A DNA stretch of 64,000 nt from Oscillospiraceae bacterium (lineage in GTDB: Bacteria > Bacillota > Clostridia > Oscillospirales > Ruminococcaceae): NCBI GenBank assembly GCA_031266415.1, contig JAISBB010000001.1, forward strand, positions 221,556 to 285,555. The letters are read 5' to 3'. Shown here in pieces: positions 1 through 12,370 of the stretch (its first letter is position 1; every line of letters starts with the position of its first letter). The notes beneath the pieces are model-generated. The model was not told where the DNA came from. It was given only the letters and a program-made list of their open reading frames with translations, and did not search any database. The position numbers and the translations under genes are program-made.

Positions 1-621
1 TGTATGGATTGTTCCGGATTGACAGCAAATATCTGTAGAAGCACTTGGCCTCAATCTGATTGGGGGCAGATTTTGGGGCCCCAACGGATGGGGTCGCACA
101 GAATTGGTCCATCGTTAGAAGCTGATGGATGGGGGCAGGTATGCCCACACGGGACAGCAGCACCAGCACCTGGCGATCTGGCGTTTACAGAAACAGCAGG
201 TCACATCGCAATTGTTGTCGCATGTTGTTCCGACGGGAGTGTTGTTCTGCTGGAAAGCACGCCGCCAAGGATTGCGTTGCGAGGAACACCGTCTACAAGT
301 GGCAGACGGGCGAGCGAAGCTGCAGCGCTTTCCGAGGAATTTATGGCCCGCTATCACCCTGGAGATTGCGAGCAGTTTCGGGGGTGGGAAACACAAACAC
401 TATGGCTTGTTAATAACCCTTGGATGGATGACCACCCACAAGTACGAGATACATTAAGTCTTTTTTGTCATCACAAAGCAATAAATGAGTATGCCCTTTT
501 TAAATTTAACCAACGTGTTGTTACAGATCGCACAGGACTGCGGAGAATGGACCCGCGCGAGGTGATGGAACGAGTCGTGACGTGGTGGGCTGCACAACGT
601 GGCGAAGCATTAGACCATTGA
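1..621 (+). CDS. NlpC/P60-like cell-wall hydrolase, 3' part (gene starts upstream of the window)
   Basis: The frame is open from nt 1. A DCSG catalytic-Cys motif (MDCSGL) is followed about 60 aa later by GDLAF..GHIAIVV, the Cys/His arrangement of NlpC/P60 papain-like hydrolases. The first ~400 nt are visibly G+C-rich and generate shadow ORFs. Confidence 0.5.
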   Translation, partial: CMDCSGLTANICRSTWPQSDWGQILGPQRMGSHRIGPSLEADGWGQVCPHGTAAPAPGDLAFTETAGHIAIVVACCSDGSVVLLESTPPRIALRGTPSTSGRRASEAAALSEEFMARYHPGDCEQFRGWETQTLWLVNNPWMDDHPQVRDTLSLFCHHKAINEYALFKFNQRVVTDRTGLRRMDPREVMERVVTWWAAQRGEALDH

Positions 622-900
622 AACAAAATATTGGCAAAGAGTTGACTAATCAGGGGTTGCTGGAATTCACAACCAGGCAATGGGAACAAATTTGATAGAC
701 ACAGTGCTTTTTGAGCAGGAGTGACAATTTAGATAGCACAGTTTGTATTAGTAATTTTTATTCCGTCAGTGACGCACCTGGCGCAGTGGCTAAAGCAGTG
801 GTAACAGTTGTACTAAGCATGTTGTTGAAAATTATTACGAGAAAAAATACAAGTGTTGATTGAAGAGTTTGTTAAATTTTGTTGTGATAATTCTTGGTGG

Positions 901-977
<77 letters not shown>

Positions 978-1043
978 AAAAATGAAGTAATGCAAAAAAG
1001 TGTTCCCCTTCCCTTCTAGAAAATTATTTTGCGAGAGATAAAT

Positions 1044-1119
1044 GGGGATGTAGCTCAGCTGGGAGAGCATCTGCCTTGCACGCAGAGGGTCAGGAGTTCG
1101 ATCCTCCTCATCTCCACCA
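1044..1119 (+). tRNA. tRNA-Ala (anticodon UGC)
   Basis: GGGGATGTAGCTCAGCTGGGAGAGC... with anticodon loop CTTGCAC, the G3:U70 identity pair and an encoded CCA. Confidence 0.95.
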
Positions 1120-1329
1120 CAAGTTGTTTCCAAATTTTAGATGTTGGTTCGTGCTTTTTGTTTCAGCAAAAAGCAGGAACTAGTATCTTGTTGAAAGCAA
1201 GAAACTAGAAGTTGTACATTGACAATTGAATAGTGAAAACTGCGATAGATAGAGTATAATTTGTTATTTTTAGGAAATTAAAATTCCGTAAAGGGTAACA
1301 ACTACAATCAATTAGAGCAGAAAGAACAT

Positions 1330-4182
<2,853 letters not shown>

Positions 4183-4228
4183 TAGTTCTTGCATTGCAGT
4201 TTACATTATTCGGTTTTAATGTGCAAAA

Positions 4229-4344
4229 TCCGGTGTAGATAACGGCAAGGGAACACCTGTTTCCATACCGAACACAGAAGTTAAGCTTGCTGGTGCCGAA
4301 AATACTTGGCGGGAAGCTGCCCGGGAAAATAGGAATATGCCGGA
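4229..4344 (+). rRNA. rrf: 5S ribosomal RNA
   Basis: About 116 nt containing GAACACCTGTTTCCATACCGAACACAGAAGTTAAGC. The terminal helix pairs TCCGGTG at the 5' end with ATGCCGGA at the 3' end. Confidence 0.9.
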
Positions 4345-4410
4345 ATAAATAGGAATTGGCGAAGGGTTGTTTAAACTTCCCTTCGCCAGTTTAAGATCAT
4401 CTTAAAATGT

Positions 4411-4486
4411 GCACCACTAGCTCAGTTGGTAGAGCAACTGACTCTTAATCAGTGGGTCCTGGGTTCGAATCCCTGGTGGTGCACCA
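4411..4486 (+). tRNA. tRNA-Lys (anticodon CUU)
   Basis: GCACCACTAGCTCAGTTGGTAGAGC... with anticodon stem-loop ACTGA-CTCTTAA-TCAGT. The acceptor GCACCAC pairs with GTGGTGC, and CCA is encoded. Confidence 0.9.
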
Positions 4487-4492
4487 AGGGAT

Positions 4493-5476
4493 ATGGGACA
4501 TTGGATTTCAAGAAAGGCAGTGTGGAACATTTTGAAAGATGGCTACGGCAATCCAAAAAAGTGTTTAGCAAGTTGGTTTTGTGTTATGCTGACAATTTTC
4601 AGTTTTTGTAATCTAAAAACTATTGCGGCAATAGGCCCGAATAAGCTGCAGTGGCCACCAGATTGTTTTAAAAATGAGCAATTTACTTTTTTGGTTGATA
4701 AAACCCAGAAGTTTGCGTGCTTACTCTATTGCTTAAACAGTGATAAAAGTGATGAAAGTAAAGTGACAATCCCGGCAACAATAAAACATAACGGGGACAA
4801 TTTGGAGGTTGTTGACATTGAACATGAGTTCTCTAACCGCCATCCATCACCCGAGCGTGTGAAAATTGTGGAAATAAAAAACGGCGTGCGAAAGTGGAGC
4901 CCAACTGCACTTGGTGCCTTTTGTAATCTAGAGAAATTGCATATCCCAAAATCAGTAAGAATAAAGGACGGGACCATGTTTAGCGGGCTACCAAAAAACA
5001 TTGCAATTAAATTAAACCGCAAAGACTATAAATATGAAAATGATACACTTTACGATGCAAAAAAGCGAATTCTTATTTGGTGTAACATTTATGGGAATAA
5101 ATATGTCGCCCCCTCAAGCCTAGAAGTAATTAGCAGAAATGCATTTTGTAGTTCTGAGGTAAATTGTGTGGACTTAACCAAGACAAAAAATTTAAAAAGT
5201 ATTGGGCCATACGCTTTTGCAGGTAAGGAAATAAAAAGAATTTCCATTCCGGCAAGTGTACAGAAAATTGGGAATGGTGCGTTTTTTGGCTGTCCATTAG
5301 AATCTGTAACATTTTTAAAATATAATCCCAAACTAATTATAGGTTACGATGCATTTTTTGAGGAAAGTGGAAAAAATCCACAGATTAAAGTACCAAAAGG
5401 CACAAGTGAATTATTTAAAAATAAATTAAAAGTGAGTGGCATTTGGGATAGAAAATCAGCAAAAGCGTGGCGTTAA
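4493..5476 (+). CDS. BspA-type leucine-rich-repeat (LRR_5) protein; start uncertain
   Basis: Repeated IP.SV..IG..AF..C motifs typical of PF13306 (for example ISRNAFCSSEVNCVDL, ISIPASVQKIGNGAFFGCPLESVTF). The ORF opens 7 nt after tRNA-Lys, so the true start is probably internal, for example M32 at 4586. Confidence 0.6.
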   Translation: MGHWISRKAVWNILKDGYGNPKKCLASWFCVMLTIFSFCNLKTIAAIGPNKLQWPPDCFKNEQFTFLVDKTQKFACLLYCLNSDKSDESKVTIPATIKHNGDNLEVVDIEHEFSNRHPSPERVKIVEIKNGVRKWSPTALGAFCNLEKLHIPKSVRIKDGTMFSGLPKNIAIKLNRKDYKYENDTLYDAKKRILIWCNIYGNKYVAPSSLEVISRNAFCSSEVNCVDLTKTKNLKSIGPYAFAGKEIKRISIPASVQKIGNGAFFGCPLESVTFLKYNPKLIIGYDAFFEESGKNPQIKVPKGTSELFKNKLKVSGIWDRKSAKAWR

Positions 5477-5495
5477 ACCAAGAGGCTTTCAATAA

Positions 5496-5571
5496 TCCTC
5501 CTTAGCTCAGTTGGTAGAGCATGCGGCTGTTAACCGCAGGGTCGTTGGTTCGAGCCCAACAGGGGGAGCCA
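5496..5571 (+). tRNA. tRNA-Asn (anticodon GUU)
   Basis: TCCTCCTTAGCTCAGTTGGTAGAGC... with anticodon loop CTGTTAA, T-arm GTTGGTTCGAGCCCAAC and an encoded CCA. Confidence 0.9.
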
Positions 5572-5600
5572 ATGGTCCTTTTCTAAACAATTTCTAATCA

Positions 5601-5630
5601 TTGGTATGCAGCTGTTAACCGCAGGGTTGG
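5601..5630 (+). pseudogene. Degenerate partial copy of the tRNA-Asn D/anticodon region
   Basis: GCTGTTAACCGCAGGGT (5611-5627) is identical to 5526-5542 of tRNA-Asn, and the flanking TTGGTA..TGC also aligns. No acceptor or T arm is present. Confidence 0.5.
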
Positions 5631-5648
5631 CAACTCTTTTGTAAATAT

Positions 5649-5725
<77 letters not shown>

Positions 5726-6005
5726 AAAATATATTTTTCAACCGGTGGAAAGGGTAAAATTTTAATATGCCTCCTGCAAATTAAAAATTAAAAGCTGGGG
5801 GCTATTTTGGTGAGCAAACACACAACCTAAAATTAATTTAAAAAAGGAACGTACCAAAAAAGATGCGGCGTTGTGTTCTTTTATTTTTTCTGATTTTTAA
5901 TGTTGCGAGCTTTACGGCATTTCCAAGTGAGTTGGTAAAGTTAGTGAAGAACTGCAGAAAACCATACAAAAATTTCGGTATAAAGTTGACAACAACGACA
6001 AGAGT

Positions 6006-6957
6006 TTGGAAATTAAACAAACGGACAATGGCCTATTCGACGTTGTTATAAACGAAGAAACGGGCTGGGCTATCATATTGATTGTTTATGCAAGCAGCGA
6101 AGAAATTGTTATCCCGGCAACCATTGAAGTCGGTGGTAACACATATAACGTGTGGGGCGTTGCTTGGGAAGCATTTAACTCGTCCTTCTGCAGAAGCTTA
6201 TCCAGCCCGGGGCGGGGGGGTCAAAACTGAGCATATAGACCGCGATATTGTAAAAAGGAGTTGTGTCACCGGGGGTATCAATATTTACAACTTGTTTGGG
6301 TGCATTAGGGAATGTTGATTTCACCAGATTATGCCACCAGTTTTTTCCAAAAGGTGCGGAAGTTGTGCTGGAGCGCAACGACATAATTAATGAAGATGGA
6401 ATTATTTACGATCTCACAAAAACCAAAATCCTGGAAGTAACACCGAGCCACAAAATTAAACATTTTAAAGCATCGCCCATTCTCGAAGAAATGGCTTTCG
6501 TTCTATCTTACTAACCCTCTTAAAAGTGTAGATTTAAGCGATGCAAAAAAGTTAACTAAAATTGACGAAATGGCATTCTATATACAAGACAAAATTAAAA
6601 CTTTTGTGTTTCTTCCCCACCTTAAAGAGATTGGCGAAAGCGCGTTATCTGGATGCACTGGAATAAAAACCCTTACCTTCACAGGGCCCGCAGTGGACCT
6701 AAAAATTGGCAATGAAGCATTTAGGGCGAAAAAGGCGCAACAAAGTTTGGAAAATAATTGTGCCGGCAAGCGAAAAAGGAAAATATTTAGAAAAATTCAA
6801 AGCGGCAAACTACCCAATTCCAGCCGAAAATATAACGGAAGCGGCAAGAGAAAAGAATCCAATACATATTGCTGCGGGCGGAATTGTAGGTATTGGGCTC
6901 ATTCTTGGTAGGTATGTATTCATTCGAAGAATTCGAAAGAATAAAAACCCCGTCTGA
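6006..6957 (+). pseudogene. BspA-type LRR surface-protein gene broken into at least 4 frames
   Basis: LRR_5-like segments continue across ORFs 6006-6230, 6082-6318, 6263-6514, 6570-6911 and 6706-6957. The last piece ends in a TM anchor plus a basic tail (IAAGGIVGIGLILGRYVFIRRIRKNK). One frame change coincides with a G7 run at 6214-6220. Confidence 0.6.
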
Positions 6958-7045
6958 GAGGTTGGGGATGGAACAAACTGGAACCTATTCGAAATCTGCA
7001 TGAGGCAACCACAAAAGAGAAGAAACCCTGTTAAAGAACAAGGCC

Positions 7046-7085
7046 GCTGGCTTGCAAAACTATAACAAGCCAGCTGTGTTTGTGT
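7046..7085 (+). terminator. Possible intrinsic terminator after the LRR pseudogene
   Basis: 9-bp stem GCTGGCTTG / CAAGCCAGC (7046-7054 / 7066-7074) followed by the T-rich tail TGTGTTTGTGT. Confidence 0.4.
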
Positions 7086-7255
7086 GGCCGGCAAAGAATA
7101 ATCGTACCCTTTATGTTCAGATTTCATTTGCATACAGAAAGGAAATTTATAAAAATACCATCTGTTAAAAAATAATGGATGGGATTAATTTTTCCATTGC
7201 GTACTCAGAACTTTCACAATGTTATACTTTTCACTTCAATACAAAAGGAGTAAAA

Positions 7256-7759
7256 ATGAGGTTAGCACGAGAATTTTATTTACACAATGCCGTTTCTTTG
7301 GCACCGCTTTTGTTGGGGAAATTACTCTGCCACAAAAACGGGCGTGAAATTATAAAATCAAGAATAACAGAAACAGAAGCATATCTCGGCGAAAGCGATT
7401 CCGCATGCCACGCCCATAATGGGGAAACGCCTCGCAACAGTGTAATGTATAACCAAGGTGGGAAAGCATACATTTATTTGTGCTATGGGTTGCACAACAT
7501 GCTAAACATCGTAAGCGGGCCTGAAAAAAATCCACAGGCAGTACTCATCCGTGGGGTAGAAAATTACAGCGGCCCTGGGAAATTAACAAAGGCATTGCAA
7601 ATAACCAGAGATTTGAACGGCACAGATTTAACCGTTTCAAAAGACCTTTGGATTGAAGATGGTCCCCTGTTAGATTACATGGCAGCTCCACGGATTGGAA
7701 TCGGCTACGCAAAAGAAGAGGACAAAAAAAAGCTATGGCGATTCATTGCGAAAACTTAA
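7256..7759 (+). CDS. mpg: DNA-3-methyladenine (alkylpurine) glycosylase, Mpg/AAG family
   Basis: REFY..NAV.LAP.LLGK, ITETEAYLG..D.ACHA, GKAYIYLCYGLHNMLNIV and AVLIRGVE match PF02245. The ATG at 7256 follows an AAGGAG RBS, whereas the longer ORF from 7175 has none. Confidence 0.85.
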   Translation: MRLAREFYLHNAVSLAPLLLGKLLCHKNGREIIKSRITETEAYLGESDSACHAHNGETPRNSVMYNQGGKAYIYLCYGLHNMLNIVSGPEKNPQAVLIRGVENYSGPGKLTKALQITRDLNGTDLTVSKDLWIEDGPLLDYMAAPRIGIGYAKEEDKKKLWRFIAKT

Positions 7760-8418
7760 AACAAAAAGGCGAGATAAAAGTGGATATAAAATCCCCAACT
7801 GAGCATCATAAAAATTATATCGAATATATCACAAACTTCTGTAAAACACACCAAATCAGCTTGTTTTTATACGGCTCCTTAATTGAGGGAACAGCAACAA
7901 GATTTTCTGACATAGACCTGTGTTTACACGGCAACATTACAGAAGAGCTGCTGGACAAATTAATTTGTGGGTATGACTCAATAGTAATGGTCAATGTAAC
8001 TGAACAGCCTCCTGGGGTTTTAATACTAAATTACTCTAACTTGCTTAGTGTAGATTTAGACATTCGAATCACGGTCTTTGCAGAAGAGCTGGAATCTGCC
8101 CTAATTTTGTGTGATTTCGGCTGGGGAATTGGCCTACAAAAAATCAGAAGAACATTTACTTATAATTTCCCCCCGGAACATCAAACGTTACGATTAATTC
8201 ACCGCTGTGCAATTAAACACCTTTGTAAAAAACAGACAGCCGTTGACGATTTATTAAGTGAGATTATTGCAACAACAAAAAGCACATGCAGCGTGGCATT
8301 GAATAAGGGTGAAAGCACAGCATTAATCCTGAAGAAAGCGCTAGCAGCACTTGAAATTAAATATAACATAGGCCATAAAATCATCAAGATGTTTCACCAT
8401 CTATTTGAATTTATGTAA
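7735..8418 (+). CDS. Nucleotidyltransferase-domain protein (Pol-beta/ANT-like fold)
   Basis: [22 protein letters not shown] is the GS-x10-DxD minimal nucleotidyltransferase motif, followed by a helical C-terminal half. The real start may be the in-frame GTG at 7780, which would avoid the overlap with mpg. Confidence 0.5.
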   Translation: MAIHCENLKQKGEIKVDIKSPTEHHKNYIEYITNFCKTHQISLFLYGSLIEGTATRFSDIDLCLHGNITEELLDKLICGYDSIVMVNVTEQPPGVLILNYSNLLSVDLDIRITVFAEELESALILCDFGWGIGLQKIRRTFTYNFPPEHQTLRLIHRCAIKHLCKKQTAVDDLLSEIIATTKSTCSVALNKGESTALILKKALAALEIKYNIGHKIIKMFHHLFEFM

Positions 8419-8450
8419 AAGGTACCTGGCAAAAAATAATAAATAAAAAG

Positions 8451-9262
8451 GTGATAAACATGATTACGACGGATTTTCATATACACTCGGAATTTTCTAG
8501 CGATTCTACCGCAAAAATTTCAGAAATAGTGATTGCTGCAATTCATCAAGGGATCACCGCAATATGCATAACAGACCATTACGACCTAGATCAGCCGGGA
8601 ACATTAAAACAACATCCCCTGGAAATGCCGCGTTACTTAGAGTCACTGAAAAATGCACAAAAAAATACGCCAAAGACATTCATGTGCACTTCGGCATTGA
8701 AATGGGCTTAGACAGCAACTTAAAAGAAGAACTGTACAGTTTCACAGAAGGATACAACTTTGACTTTGTGATAGGGTCATCGCACACAGTAAACGGCAAA
8801 AATCCATATTATCGCGAATTTTTTGAAGAAGAAACAGAAGAAAGTGCCATTCTTAAATATTTCGAATCAATTTTAGAAAATGTAAAAAACATCACAAATT
8901 ATTGCGTTTATGGCCACTTAGATTATATAATGAGATTTTGTCCAAAACAAAATCACGATTTCAAATTAAGCGATTACTACGACCTTTTTTCGGAAATATT
9001 AAAAACAATAGTAAATAACGAAAAAGGGATTGAAGTAAATACCTCTGGCTTACGTTACGGTTTGAAATATCCACGTCCACACCCAGAAATTTTAAAATTA
9101 TATAAACAACTGGGTGGTGAAATTATTACCATCGGTAGTGACTCACATTCACCAGAAACAGTTGGGTTCGCATTTTATTTCGTGACTGATTTGCTAAAAT
9201 CTATCGGCTTTAAATATTATTCCACCTTTAAAGCTATGCGACCTGATTTCCATCTCTTGTAA
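8451..9262 (+). pseudogene. PHP-family histidinol-phosphatase-like gene split by a frameshift in an A7 run
   Basis: The N-terminal [13 protein letters not shown]...ITDHYD motif lies in ORF 8451-8711. The rest of the PHP fold (HFGIEMG, GSSH, YGHLDY, GSDSH) lies in ORF 8564-9262. The frames join at A7 (8659-8665), and one extra A would restore ..[17 protein letters not shown].. Confidence 0.7.
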
Positions 9263-9815
9263 GCCAATCTTCCCGTGTTATAGCGTAATTCACAAAATCC
9301 TGAAAATTGCCACAATTATCAAGGCAACCAGCTTTTGCAACTCCTTCAAGTCGCATTCCGACTTTACGCATCACACGCCCAGAGGCCTGATTTCGAATAT
9401 CATGCCCCGCTGTGACCCGATTGAAATTGGCATAATTAAATAAGAAAGCTAAAACAGCAGTTAACGCTTCTGTCATTATTCCATTGTTCCAAAAATTTTT
9501 TGAAAGCACATAATGCAAGTTCCCACAATCAATTCTTTCTTCTATTTCACTCACATCAAAGCACCCAATTGCAGCCCGAGATGGCACGAGTGTAATGCAC
9601 CATTTATAGCAATCTTCATTTTGATATGAATTCAACCATTTTTGTAAAATCCCTCGTGTTTCTTCAACATCTTTATGTGCGTTCCAAGTTAAATAGGTAA
9701 CATTTTCTGGGTCTTTCGCCCAAGATGCAAAGATATCAGCAGCATCAATAACCTCAAACTTACGAAGCAATAACCGTTCAGTCCTAATATTTTGAGTCCC
9801 AAGATGATTAATCAA
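9234..9815 (-). CDS. GNAT family N-acetyltransferase (RimJ/RimL-like)
   Basis: TERLLLRKF...D...I..W, the acetyl-CoA loop RNQASGRVMRKVGM and a length of about 190 aa. Confidence 0.8.
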   Translation of the reverse strand: MINHLGTQNIRTERLLLRKFEVIDAADIFASWAKDPENVTYLTWNAHKDVEETRGILQKWLNSYQNEDCYKWCITLVPSRAAIGCFDVSEIEERIDCGNLHYVLSKNFWNNGIMTEALTAVLAFLFNYANFNRVTAGHDIRNQASGRVMRKVGMRLEGVAKAGCLDNCGNFQDFVNYAITREDWLTRDGNQVA

Positions 9816-10426
9816 AAGAAAAACACACCTTCCACATTTAGACTAACCTTTTACTTTCGCCGCTCTCAAAATTAAAATACCAAAATCCTAGAATCGCAAA
9901 CTGGACAGACGAAAAAATCAGCACCTAATATATCAACAAAAGCATTTACAATATAAACATTTTACAAAAGAAGTCTGCACACAAGAACCAGAATTACTAA
10001 AAATGTTCATTGCCTCTAAATATCTTGCTTATAAACCAAAGTTGTAGTAACGCAGGGGCAAATGTAAATTGACAAATAAAGTTTGCACTATCCAATTGAA
10101 AATTCATCATAATAACTTTCCTAGGCAAGAACAGAATTCCCTTGAGGAATGTGGACACTTTCAGTGGTTAAATTATACGACCTCTCGCCCACTATCCACA
10201 TCCTTCATTGTCTACAACATACTTTTAACCTTAACAGACCTTAAGTCACTTTGATTTTGTTCAATTGTATCACAAAACAAAGTCCCCGTCAAATCAATCT
10301 CCCAGATTTAACATCGTTATTCAAGTAAATTCATTTGTTTTGCTGCAGAAATACTGAAAATCTTTTCATAAATGCACCCGAAAAACAAAAAATTTATCAC
10401 GCAGCACCCACAAGCCCTATTATTTA

Positions 10427-10435
10427 TGTTATAAT
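10427..10435 (+). promoter_or_regulatory. Extended -10 element (TGTTATAAT) upstream of tRNA-Leu
   Basis: TGn-TATAAT lies 17 nt before the tRNA 5' end. No good -35 element was seen. Confidence 0.4.
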
Positions 10436-10452
10436 GTGGTGCGTAGTGCAGC

Positions 10453-10535
10453 GCAGTCATGGCGGAACAGGCAGACGCGCACGTTTAAGGGGCGTGTGGG
10501 TAACCGTGTGGGTTCAAGTCCCACTGACTGCACCA
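10453..10535 (+). tRNA. Class II tRNA-Leu, anticodon read as AAG (A34)
   Basis: Acceptor GCAGTCA pairs with TGACTGC. The D-arm is TGGCGGAACAGGCAGACGC, the anticodon stem-loop is CACGT-TTAAGGG-GCGTG, the variable arm is 11 nt, the T-arm is GTGGGTTCAAGTCCCAC, and CCA is encoded. Position-by-position alignment to the canonical ...GACGCG-stem-loop-stem layout of Leu tRNAs puts A-A-G at positions 34-36. Confidence 0.8.
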
Positions 10536-10651
10536 AATTTTTTCTTTTTTGCCGGCGAGCTAGGCAGATTCCCTCTTGAAAAAACACAAAATAAAAGCTT
10601 GCATTGTTCCGGCACATGAAATTGCATGCAAAAAATAAGGGGAAAATGAAA

Positions 10652-12370
10652 ATGTTAATGAGCCAACTACTGGGCAACCGGTACAAAGAATGGCCTGCAG
10701 ATGCAATTGCAAAAAGTCACGGGTTGTTACTGCGCGGTGGTTATATCCGGCAAGTAGCCTCTGGAATTTATTCACAATTGCCACTTGCACAACGAATCTC
10801 AAATAAAATTATAAAAATAATTAAAGAAGAGATGGAACAGATTGGATTCGAAGAAGTTTTAATGCCAATTGTTATGCCAAAAGAATTGTGGGAAGAATCT
10901 GGCAGGTACTACAGTGTGCAAAATGAACTAGTTCGATTTAAAGACCGCACAGAACACGATATGGTACTTGGCATGACACATGAAGAAGCTGTTGTACAGC
11001 TAACCAGAACAGAAGCAATCACATATACCAAATACCCATTTGCCGTTTATCAAGTGCAAACTAAATTCCGCGATGAAGCAAGGCCACGTAGCGGCTTAAT
11101 TCGAGTACGTGAATTTTTAATGAAAGATGCTTACTCATTTCACACAACAAAAGAAAGCCTTGATGAATATTATAAGTTGTGTTTCAACGCCTACATGAAC
11201 ATATTTAAGAGGGTTGGCCTTAAAAATTTCATTGCCGTAAAATCAGACATCGGCATGATGGGCGGCGATGAAGCTCACGAATTTATATTACTTTGCGAAA
11301 TTGGTGAAGACTCAATTGCAATTTGCCAAAAATGTGGGTATAAAGCCAATGTTGAAGTTGCAGACGGGCTGTGCGAATTGCCAAAAACTAGAACCCAACC
11401 ACGCGAAGAAATTTACACCCCCAGCTTAAAAACCATCAACGAGCTACAAAATGCACTGCAAATTTCACCCCAAAGAATAATTAAAGCTTGTATTTTTAGA
11501 ACAAAAATCACGTCAAAATTAACCATTGTATTTATCCGCGGAGATCTTGAAGTTAACGAATCAAAATTAAAAGCTTTGTTGCGCGAAGAAGCGTTGCCAC
11601 AAACAGCTTCTGCAGAAATAAATCTCTGTTGGGGGTACATTGGCCCCGTGAATTTAAATCAAGATCAATATAACATCTATTATGACGAATCTTTACGGGG
11701 AGCAACTGGCATGATATGCGGTGCAAACAAAGAGGAGTACCACATTAAAGGGTTAAATATTACAGATCTTAAAATTACAGAATTCGTAAATTTATATAAG
11801 GCAACAGCCGAGATGCTTTGCCCAATCTGTAAAACAAACCACTTGGAAATAAAGCGCGGCATAGAAATCGGCAATATTTTCAAACTTGGCGATAAATACA
11901 CAAAAGCAATGAATATGATTTACACCGATAAAACAGGCAAAGAAAAAAATCCAATCATGGGTTGCTATGGCATTGGCGTTGGCAGACTTTTGGCAGCGAT
12001 TGTTGAAGAAAATTACGACGAAAACGGACCCATTTGGCCAGCTTCTGTTGCTCCATTTGAAGTCCACATAATTGCAATCAAAGCGCAAGATGAAGCCGTA
12101 AACACCCTTGCCAGGCAGCTCTATGAAGAATTAAAAGCGAAGGTTAGTGTAATTTTAGACAACCGACATCTTTCTGCCGGCGTGCAATTTGCAGAAGCAG
12201 ATTTGGTTGGAGCCCCAATTAGAATCGTTATTAGCCCAAATGCCATCGAATCTGGCGAATTTGAAATAAGCACCAGATGTCAAACACATACTTTAAAGGT
12301 TTGCAGCTCAAAAATTCGTGAAACCGTTGAAAAATTACTAACTTACCAAAGTGAACAACCACCAGTTTAA
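10652..12370 (+). CDS. proS: Proline--tRNA ligase (bacterial type with editing insertion)
   Basis: LLRGGYIRQVASGIYS.LPL, class II motifs (FRDE.RPR.GLIRVREF, GCYGIGVGRL) and about 570 aa. The ATG at 10652 lies 9 nt after the AAGGGG RBS. ATG 10646 and the ORF start at 10604 are alternatives. Confidence 0.9.
   Translation: MLMSQLLGNRYKEWPADAIAKSHGLLLRGGYIRQVASGIYSQLPLAQRISNKIIKIIKEEMEQIGFEEVLMPIVMPKELWEESGRYYSVQNELVRFKDRTEHDMVLGMTHEEAVVQLTRTEAITYTKYPFAVYQVQTKFRDEARPRSGLIRVREFLMKDAYSFHTTKESLDEYYKLCFNAYMNIFKRVGLKNFIAVKSDIGMMGGDEAHEFILLCEIGEDSIAICQKCGYKANVEVADGLCELPKTRTQPREEIYTPSLKTINELQNALQISPQRIIKACIFRTKITSKLTIVFIRGDLEVNESKLKALLREEALPQTASAEINLCWGYIGPVNLNQDQYNIYYDESLRGATGMICGANKEEYHIKGLNITDLKITEFVNLYKATAEMLCPICKTNHLEIKRGIEIGNIFKLGDKYTKAMNMIYTDKTGKEKNPIMGCYGIGVGRLLAAIVEENYDENGPIWPASVAPFEVHIIAIKAQDEAVNTLARQLYEELKAKVSVILDNRHLSAGVQFAEADLVGAPIRIVISPNAIESGEFEISTRCQTHTLKVCSSKIRETVEKLLTYQSEQPPV

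Noticed and set aside
115-457. Three to four overlapping ORFs on both strands at the window start
   Set aside because: These are shadow frames caused by the high G+C of the NlpC/P60-like gene. Only frame 1 carries recognisable catalytic motifs.
622-900. Looked for a 16S rRNA 3' remnant or a clear rRNA promoter upstream of tRNA-Ile
   Set aside because: No anti-SD/16S terminal sequence is present. The TGTGATAAT element at 883-891 lacks a properly spaced -35, so no promoter call was made.
6810-7133. 107-aa minus-strand ORF
   Set aside because: It overlaps the end of the LRR pseudogene and its terminator hairpin, and has no motifs.
9816-10426. A ~600-nt gene-free, C/A-rich stretch examined for ncRNA, repeats or small ORFs (including 10069-10254)
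   Set aside because: No conserved RNA motif, stable extended structure, repeat or RBS-preceded ORF could be recognised by eye. It remains unexplained.
10536-10651. Possible T-box leader upstream of proS
   Set aside because: Only about 115 nt are available, and there is no T-box sequence (AANNNGGGTGGTACCGCG-like) or specifier/antiterminator architecture.
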